Assembly (NCBI GenBank): GCA_002794465.1
Contig: MTSL01000045.1
Coordinates: 24,273 to 31,839, forward strand
DNA length: 7,567 nucleotides
Origin: Paramicrosporidium saccamoebae KSL3
Taxonomy: Eukaryota; Fungi; Cryptomycota
Reading direction: 5' to 3'
In this document: positions 1-5,709 of the stretch, piece after piece
How the letters are laid out: each line of letters begins with the position of its first letter
Numbering within the stretch: position 1 is the stretch's first letter
Position numbers and translations under genes: made by a program
Notes under the pieces: model-generated
The model's database searches: none
What the model was told of the DNA's origin: nothing
The model's input: the letters and a program-made list of their open reading frames with translations, nothing else

Positions 1-178
1 GGAATGGGTCTGTGCTACTCAAAATTCCTGGAAGAGCCTTTAGCGTGTCAGTATTTGTGAGGTTAAGACTATGTATAATCCCTCTCCGACTATTACTTCC
101 AAGGGCGTAGTATTTGGTCATGGTAAGGGTGATCTGCAGCCCCGAGGCCACATGAAGCAAAACGCAAGCCAACAACAT
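1..178 (-). CDS. 5' fragment (59 codons, runs off the window edge) of a fourth paralogue of the signal-peptide/C-terminal-anchor family; missed by the ORF track
   Basis: Manual translation from ATG at 178 gives MLLACVLLHVASGLQITLTMTKYYALGSNSRRGIIHSLNLTNTDTLKALPGILSSTDPF, open to the window edge and colinear with copies A and B. Whether the rest is intact cannot be seen. Confidence 0.85.
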   Translation of the reverse strand, partial: MLLACVLLHVASGLQITLTMTKYYALGSNSRRGIIHSLNLTNTDTLKALPGILSSTDPF

Positions 179-495
179 ACCCTGGTCTTGGTGATTTGCC
201 AGAAAACGGCTGGGACCAATAGTTTTCATGATTTAAATCGTTTGGGTCAGGGTAGAGAGGTCATATTGTTAGGGATTCCTGTCCCATTATGAAGCAGCTG
301 ACCATTGTGATCTAATGCCGGGTCTTTCTCGGGGAAGACCTCGACTAGAACACTTTCTAGTGCTCCACGACCCTCACAGCATGAACAATGAAGCAGGATC
401 TCTGATTACGCCAGGATGTTATAATAAAACTCTTACTGTATCCGCAAATATCAGAATGAATTTTAATAAAAAGACTTTTCTAAACGGTCGATTCT
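1..495 (+). repeat. Segmental direct repeat, copy 1 (partner ~2040-2530; offset 2039 bp)
   Basis: 1-91 differs from 2040-2130 at 11 positions; 92-354 is identical to 2131-2393; beyond a 2-bp indel, similarity decays out to about 495 vs 2530 (shared ACGGTCGATT). Confidence 0.95.
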
Positions 496-651
496 TGTGT
501 ATGGTGGTGAAAATTCTTGACAAGCAAGATGCCATTGTAGTCACTCTAAAGAGCTTCTAGTCCACGACGTCAAGAGCGGTAGAAAATTGCCTACAAGCAG
601 CTTGAGTTGGTTCTTACGCAAGGTGTCTAAAATACAGAGTCGGGATTTAAA

Positions 652-2217
652 TCATTTGAGTCCCATAGCGAAGGCCACCGAAAGAATCGTGTAGCTAATC
701 ACTATGGCAACTAAAGTAAATCCTCCTGCAATCCCACCTATCAGAAGCCAATCACGATTCACGGGAAGCAACTTTTCCGAGATGTAGTCGAAAAAGTTTG
801 ATGTGGCTAGTATTTTACCCAAAGCATTACCGGGCTGGAAGAGCTCAAATTTCATCTCCCTGGATATAATGCTTATTCTTTTGGTGTGCAATAATAAGGT
901 AGCCCACAGCCTGGTGCTGGCTGGGTTGAGAAGCACATTTTCATCAGACCACTTTCCAGCAGATTCGTATAGTTTGATAGATTCCTCAACGAGGCACTCT
1001 ACAGTGTCGCAGACCGTGCTGGGAAAATCGATGAGATAAGGCAATTCAGAGAATGCGGGAATGGCGTGTTTAAGATTGCCTTTGTAATCGCCCCAGAATT
1101 CTTCTGCCTCCTCCACAGTGTTGATGGATGACGGCCAGCGGATTCCGCCAAAGTTTTGATGCAAAAAGATGCCCCACTGCTTAATCGCCTGTGTATATCC
1201 ACCCCAGATGCTGGCCGATGTGGGTGCGAATTCTTGAGCGTATGCAAGCCCTCTTGCATAGTCGCTGGTGCGGCTCATGTCACACTGTATTTTGTTGCGA
1301 GCCAGAATCTGCACTACCTTCCCCAAATACATTGGTGGGATCAATTCCAAATTGTATGCAGCCAGTAGCCATTTCACTAACATGGCCGCGCGGTCTTTGA
1401 CCAATGAGTCTTGGAAATTTACAGACCGTAAAGATAGAATACTGTACACGAGGCGTGTATGCCAAAACGCCAGCATCTCTGGCCTGTTGGAAAAGCGTTT
1501 GGCGAGCGTCGAGTACAGATATCTATGGGCAGATAGAGGGTTTTTCCCAAGAAAACGCTTGACAGTTTTTGCAAATTTCCCCTCTCCGATATAATACTTT
1601 GCCGTCTCCATTGTGAGCTTGACATCGTCATCAGAATATGAAGATGGGTCCATAAGTGAAATGATGGCGAGTCGATCGTCGGATTGTTTCGAGAGGCGCT
1701 CCCATGCATCCTCTGCGTTCCAATAGAGATCTCTGCTGTGTGGATGGGGGATCATTCCAATACGGGATTTTAACATTGAGGGGCGGTCCACAAACATTCC
1801 AAGCAGCCTGTTACGCAACCCGGTGGGGATTATCTTGAACTGGTCTTCATCATACTCAATGTAGCGAGGCGTATACTCTTCATATCTGTCACCCAACAGC
1901 TTACAGAGATGTCTCTCACGAAGGGCGAAAGAGACTGGAAACAACAGAGGATGAAGCTGCGGGTTATCAAAGTATTCTCCAAACAATGCTGCTGCCTCAC
2001 TCTGTGATAGTGAGCGTGTGTAAAAGTCGTCTTTGACTGAGAATGGGTCTGTGCTGTTCAAAATTCCTGGAAGAGCCTTTAGCGTGTCGGGGTTTGTGAG
2101 GTTAAGATGATGCATAATCTCTCTCCGACCATTACTTCCAAGGGCGTAGTATTTGGTCATGGTAAGGGTGATCTGCAGCCCCGAGGCCACATGAAGCAAA
2201 ACGCAAGCCAACAACAT
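652..2217 (-). CDS. Paralogue A: predicted secreted, membrane- or GPI-anchored surface protein of unknown family, 521 aa
   Basis: Long ORF (track 652-2268). I place the start at 2217 (MLLACVLLHVASG-LQ, signal-peptide-like) because it aligns with the start of copy B and the upstream ATG at 2268 is not conserved in B. C-terminal hydrophobic segment WLLIGGIAGGFTLVAIVISYTILSVAFAM is followed only by GLK. N-glycosylation sequons NLT and NST are present. Confidence 0.88.
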   Translation of the reverse strand: MLLACVLLHVASGLQITLTMTKYYALGSNGRREIMHHLNLTNPDTLKALPGILNSTDPFSVKDDFYTRSLSQSEAAALFGEYFDNPQLHPLLFPVSFALRERHLCKLLGDRYEEYTPRYIEYDEDQFKIIPTGLRNRLLGMFVDRPSMLKSRIGMIPHPHSRDLYWNAEDAWERLSKQSDDRLAIISLMDPSSYSDDDVKLTMETAKYYIGEGKFAKTVKRFLGKNPLSAHRYLYSTLAKRFSNRPEMLAFWHTRLVYSILSLRSVNFQDSLVKDRAAMLVKWLLAAYNLELIPPMYLGKVVQILARNKIQCDMSRTSDYARGLAYAQEFAPTSASIWGGYTQAIKQWGIFLHQNFGGIRWPSSINTVEEAEEFWGDYKGNLKHAIPAFSELPYLIDFPSTVCDTVECLVEESIKLYESAGKWSDENVLLNPASTRLWATLLLHTKRISIISREMKFELFQPGNALGKILATSNFFDYISEKLLPVNRDWLLIGGIAGGFTLVAIVISYTILSVAFAMGLK

Positions 2218-2530
2218 ACCCTGGTCTTGGTGATTTGCCAGAAAACGGCTGGGACCAATAGTTTTCATGATTTAAATCGTTTGGGTCAGGGTAGAGAGGT
2301 CATATTGTTAGGGATTCCTGTCCCATTATGAAGCAGCTGACCATTGTGATCTAATGCCGGGTCTTTCTCGGGGAAGACCTCGACTAGAACACTCTAGTGA
2401 TCCACGACTCTCACGGCATGAACAGTGAAGCAAGATCTCCGATTACGCCAGGGTGTTAAAATAAAACTCTTACTGTATCCGCAAGGATCAGTATGAACAG
2501 TGACAAAACTTGTCCACACGGTCGATTTCT
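2040..2530 (+). repeat. Segmental direct repeat, copy 2 (partner 1-495)
   Basis: Direct alignment to 1-495 at offset 2039, including the 263-bp perfect block 2131-2393. Confidence 0.95.
2218..2393 (-). promoter_or_regulatory. Conserved upstream region (putative promoter/5'UTR) of family genes; homologues at 179-354 and ~4231-4400
   Basis: Identical upstream of the edge copy and recognisably homologous upstream of B (TTGCCAGA..GGGA.CAATAG..GATT(T)AAATC.TTTG..TATTGTTA..GCTGACC.TTGT..CTAAT.CCGGGTCTT). B carries an extra ~25 bp next to its ATG. Regulatory function is inferred from position only. Confidence 0.55.
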
Positions 2531-2649
2531 ATGCACTGTACACCCGTAGCCATCTGTGCACCCTGTGGATTGCTTCTAACGGCTACAAGTCCGACAATCT
2601 TCTGGAAGACCAGAGTCAGTGGCTGCATAATTATTTACTGATGGCTTAC

Positions 2650-4203
2650 TCACCCACAACACGCCGCAATGAACAATATAACAACGCAAAATGTGAAAAG
2701 TACGTGACCCAAGTTTCGGAATTCGAGAACTTGCTCACTCGCCTGCGCAAACTGTTCCGGGATATAGTCAAAAAAGTCTGATGTGGCTAATATTTTGCTC
2801 AAGGCTGTTTCGGACTTGAAAAGTTTCGGTACCTCCAAGGTGGATAGTGGATGCGCTTGACATGTATGCAGGAATCTGGTGGACCACAGTCTGGTGCTGG
2901 CGCGGTCTAAGAACACTCCCTCGGTGGACCATCGTCCTGCAGATGTGTATAGCTTAACAGACTCTTCAACGAGACATTCTACAGTATCACAAGCAGTACT
3001 GGGAAAATTGATGAGGCCAGGCAAATTGGTAAATGCGGGAATGGCGTGTCTAAGGTCGCCTTTATAATTGCCCCAGAATTCCTCTGCCTCCTCCACAGTG
3101 TTGATAGATGCCGGCCAGCGGATCCAGCCAAAGTTTTGATGCAAAAAGATGCCCCACTGTCTGACTGCCTGCAGACATCCACCCCAGATACTGTTCGTTT
3201 CGGGTGCGAGTCCTTGAGCATATGCCAAATTCTTTGCATAGTCACCGGTGGTGTTTGTGCTACAATGTATTTTGTTGTGAGCCAGAATCTGCACTATCTT
3301 CCCCAGATACATGGGTGGAATCAGCTCTACATTGTGGACAGTCAGTAACCCTTTCACCAGCACTCTCGCACATTTCCTCATTTCAGTAGGCCGGCCATTT
3401 ACAAACTCCGAAGATAGAATGCTGTATACGAGACGTGCATGCCAAAACGCCAAAATCTCTGGTCTTTTGGTAAAGCATTCAGAGAGCACTAAATGAAGAT
3501 GCTCGTGGGCAAATATAATACCCTTTTCAAACAAAAGCTTGATATCCGCTGCAAACTGCCCATTTCCAATATACCTTGCTGTATTCTCCACTGTGAGCCT
3601 GTCAGCATCAGCATCAGAAGAAGAGGACGGATCCAGGAGTGAAATGATAGCGAGTTGGTGGCTACCAGTTCCTTGGTGGAGATCGTTCCACGCATCCTGT
3701 GCATTCCAATAAAAATCCGTATTGTGTGGGGATGGCATCATTCCAATACGAGATTTTAACATTGAAGGACGGCTTATTAGCATTCTAAGTAGTCTGTCCC
3801 GCAATCCAGTGGGGATTGTTTCAAATTGGTCCTCGTCATACTCAATATAGCGAGGCATATACTCTTCATATCTGTCAGCTAGTAGCTTATAAAGATGTGG
3901 CTCGCGGACGACAAAGAATACTGGAAACAAAAGGGGATGAAGCTGTGGATTGTCAAAGTATCCCTCAAATAGTGCTGCTGCATCACTGTGGGATAGCGAA
4001 CGGGTATAAAAGTCGTCTTTTGCGGGGAATGGGTCTGTGCTGCTCAAAATGCCTGGAAGGGCCTTTAGCGTATCGGCGTTTGTGAGGTCAAGATTATGCA
4101 TAATCCCTCTCCGACTATTACTTCCAAGGGCATAGTACTTGGTCATAGTAAGAGTGATCTCCAGTCCCAAGGCCACATGGAACAGAGCATAAGAAAGCAG
4201 CAT
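2650..4203 (-). CDS. Paralogue B: predicted secreted, membrane- or GPI-anchored surface protein of unknown family, 517 aa
   Basis: Long ORF with signal-peptide-like MLLSYALFHVALG-LE. 79 of the first 100 aa are identical to A (hand count). Hydrophobic C-terminus VLFTFCVVILFIAACCG. Confidence 0.9.
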   Translation of the reverse strand: MLLSYALFHVALGLEITLTMTKYYALGSNSRRGIMHNLDLTNADTLKALPGILSSTDPFPAKDDFYTRSLSHSDAAALFEGYFDNPQLHPLLFPVFFVVREPHLYKLLADRYEEYMPRYIEYDEDQFETIPTGLRDRLLRMLISRPSMLKSRIGMMPSPHNTDFYWNAQDAWNDLHQGTGSHQLAIISLLDPSSSSDADADRLTVENTARYIGNGQFAADIKLLFEKGIIFAHEHLHLVLSECFTKRPEILAFWHARLVYSILSSEFVNGRPTEMRKCARVLVKGLLTVHNVELIPPMYLGKIVQILAHNKIHCSTNTTGDYAKNLAYAQGLAPETNSIWGGCLQAVRQWGIFLHQNFGWIRWPASINTVEEAEEFWGNYKGDLRHAIPAFTNLPGLINFPSTACDTVECLVEESVKLYTSAGRWSTEGVFLDRASTRLWSTRFLHTCQAHPLSTLEVPKLFKSETALSKILATSDFFDYIPEQFAQASEQVLEFRNLGHVLFTFCVVILFIAACCG

Positions 4204-4459
4204 GCCTCGGGCTTAGTCGTATTCGTGACCGTGGTAGGAATTGCCAGAGAAAGGGACCGGGATCAATAGCTTTTACGATTAAATCATTTGAATTAGGGTA
4301 CAAAGGCCGTATTGTTAAGAATTCTGTTCTATCATGTCATGTATGGGCTGACCGTTGTAACCTAATACCGGGTCTTGTTTGGAATAAACCTAGACTAAAA
4401 TCACGCAAAATAGAATATCGGATCTATAGGGGCGAGGGTACCTCTTTGGGTGACGCCTT

Positions 4460-4632
4460 TATAGATTTCCACTCTTCACATACCGGATTGTGTTTGCGCT
4501 AAAGCTGGTAGCACAGACCGATCCCCGATCAGGGATAATGAGCCTCTTGATAAGCGAGAGTATATCTTTACTAGGGACACTATAAGTTACCGCTTTCAAC
4601 ATTGGGGTCGCCAGTTAAAAGCGGATACTGTT
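4460..4632 (+). repeat. Degenerate repeat module, upstream-of-D copy
   Basis: 4460-4489 matches 5536-5565 at 23/30 ungapped; 4605-4632 matches 5591-5618 at 23/28 including the exact 14-mer AAGCGGATACTGTT. Confidence 0.65.
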
Positions 4633-4691
4633 TACTAAAGTTTATAATCCTTGTACCTCTTAAGGGATCATGACTCATAAGGCGATAGAAG

Positions 4692-4707
4692 CAAGGGCGA
4701 GCCCTTG
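4692..4707. other. Perfect 7-bp inverted repeat CAAGGGC-GA-GCCCTTG in the divergent B/D intergenic region
   Basis: Read directly from the sequence; function unknown and it could be chance. Confidence 0.5.
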
Positions 4708-4800
4708 TGTAATATTTGTCCAATAGGATGGTCCCAGACATACTGAGCGAGTAAATTTTTCATTGGTTTAAACTATGAGTAATATGAGTCATGGCCTTTC

Positions 4801-4807
4801 TATAAAA
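4801..4807 (+). promoter_or_regulatory. Putative TATA box of gene D
   Basis: TATAAAA ending 24 nt before the ATG at 4832, which would imply a very short 5'UTR. Confidence 0.5.
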
Positions 4808-4831
4808 CCCCTTATCCATCAACAAGCTTGT

Positions 4832-5377
4832 ATGATGAAAATAGTATTCATATTGCTACTGATAGTTGGGATTGTGTATTCTTCAAAGCGTGTCAGGGAA
4901 CTCTCAGAGGAAGAAGGATCGCGCATGAAACGCTTTCGGGGAAACACACTAGATGCAGCAATCGCATCCGGCGATCTAACGGCTGTTCAGGGCCTTACGA
5001 GCGCTACAATGCTACCAACTCAGCAAGTCATTGACGGGGTGGTAGTGGCACGAAATTTTGCGATGATGGACTACATCCGAGTAAGATATGGAAAAAGGCC
5101 GTCCTTGCAAATTGTCTACGAGGTGATGGCAAGCGGTGACGGGGATTATGCGGCAAATCTACTCAGATTTGGAGTGGAACCAACTCAGGAGTTTGTGGAC
5201 ATGGCCATGATTAATAATGTTGCAAACGTAGTGCAAGTTGCTATTGAACAGTATAATCTCTGCCCAAGCAAATGGACGCTGTCGGAGGCCATGTCACGGG
5301 GGTATACCTCTATTATTGAAGCTACTTTAGAACGGTGCTCAGCGCTCCGTCTAAGCTGTTCAGGCTGCATGATCTAG
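4832..5377 (+). CDS. Secreted protein with degenerate short ankyrin-like repeats and an N-terminal basic bipartite motif, 181 aa (gene D)
   Basis: ORF track gives 4775-5377. A start at 4832 or 4835 gives the signal peptide MMKIVFILLLIVGIVYSS, with TATAAAA at 4801 and AATAAA at 5383. Repeats of 27-28 aa begin PTQQV/PSLQI/PTQEF/PSKWT, with ankyrin-like turns (AAIASGD, VMASGD, AMSRGY). Confidence 0.8.
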   Translation: MMKIVFILLLIVGIVYSSKRVRELSEEEGSRMKRFRGNTLDAAIASGDLTAVQGLTSATMLPTQQVIDGVVVARNFAMMDYIRVRYGKRPSLQIVYEVMASGDGDYAANLLRFGVEPTQEFVDMAMINNVANVVQVAIEQYNLCPSKWTLSEAMSRGYTSIIEATLERCSALRLSCSGCMI

Positions 5378-5382
5378 AGCTC

Positions 5383-5388
5383 AATAAA
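5383..5388 (+). terminator. Putative polyadenylation signal of gene D
   Basis: AATAAA 5 nt after the TAG stop (5375-5377). Confidence 0.55.
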
Positions 5389-5421
5389 AATTCAAGCTGT
5401 TGATGAGCGAATTAGTTCTAT

Positions 5422-5623
5422 TAGAGTATGTGGCATACAGGTAGCCATCTAGATCGGGCACATCAATAGTTATCAGCGGGTACTGTTGAACAAACCCTAC
5501 TGATGGGCGTATTAGCCTCACTAGAGCATGTGGCATATAGGCTACCTCTCTCAACACACCGGATTACGGGGTCGCATGAATATCTGGGTTGGGCCACCAA
5601 TGACAAGCGGATACTGTTCAACA
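5422..5623 (+). repeat. Two degenerate tandem copies of the repeat module downstream of D
   Basis: 5422-5441 vs 5522-5541 match 18/20; 5475-5492 vs 5606-5623 match 16/18; the second copy also matches the blocks at 4460-4632. Confidence 0.7.
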
Positions 5624-5652
5624 CGAGTATTTGAAATTGCCGCACCGAGTGA

Positions 5653-5708
5653 GGATGAGGCTCGTAGGATGAGACTCGTGGGATGCGACTCGTAGGATGA
5701 GACTCATA
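5653..5708. repeat. Minisatellite, 4 x 14 bp (consensus GGATGAGACTCGTA)
   Basis: Units GGATGAGGCTCGTA, GGATGAGACTCGTG, GGATGCGACTCGTA and GGATGAGACTCATA, each one mismatch from consensus. It lies 1 nt beyond the TAA of gene C (5710-5712). Confidence 0.92.
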
Positions 5709-5709
5709 G

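Larger units (their letters stand above)
775..4400. repeat. Tandem ~2 kb gene+promoter duplication unit (about 775-2390 vs 2755-4400)
   Basis: A and B align at the nucleotide level at offset 1980-1986 (e.g. 1081-1210 vs 3061-3190). Homology extends into ~170 bp of upstream non-coding DNA and fades in the C-terminal anchor/3' flank. Confidence 0.9.

Noticed and set aside
71-292. 73-aa plus-strand ORF with a near-identical twin at 2107-2331
   Set aside because: Antisense shadow of the duplicated leader/promoter; the apparent conservation is explained entirely by the DNA duplication.
434-446. GCGGATAC core on the minus strand in the A and edge spacers (also 2471-2482), matching the repeat-module core
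   Set aside because: Only 8 nt exact, opposite orientation, and the two occurrences are one duplication event; too weak to link.
315-560. 81-aa plus-strand ORF in the spacer, and the 93-aa ORF at 2500-2781
   Set aside because: The homologous spacer copy has a 2-bp frameshifting indel near 2393 and does not preserve the first ORF; the second overlaps B's tail antisense. Neither has recognisable features.
644-659. GATTTAAATCATTTGA overlapping A's stop codon resembles the promoter motif at 230-244, 2269-2283 and 4277-4291
   Set aside because: An AT-rich 13-nt exact match is expected by chance in a window this size.
999-1259. Alternative-frame ORFs inside A and B (999-1259 and 2979-3245) that resemble each other, plus similar antisense pairs (1156-1368 and 3046-3348; 803-1039 and 2879-3067)
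   Set aside because: Expected by-products of paralogous coding DNA; their starts and lengths are not conserved, so there is no evidence for overprinted genes.
2218-2268. 17-aa N-terminal extension of A (MKTIGPSRFLANHQDQG) in the ORF track
   Set aside because: The upstream ATG is absent at the homologous position of B, and the extension is polar and would precede the signal peptide.
4775-4831. 19-aa N-terminal extension of D
   Set aside because: It contains the putative TATA box and would bury the signal peptide.
5354-5377. C-terminal CSGCMI of D as a prenylation signal
   Set aside because: The last Cys is third from the end, not a CaaX position, and a signal-peptide protein would not meet cytosolic prenyltransferases.
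5653-5708. Possible CRISPR-like or transcription-factor (AP-1/Gcn4) array
   Set aside because: Units abut with no spacers, and TGAGACTCA is not the TGACTCA consensus.
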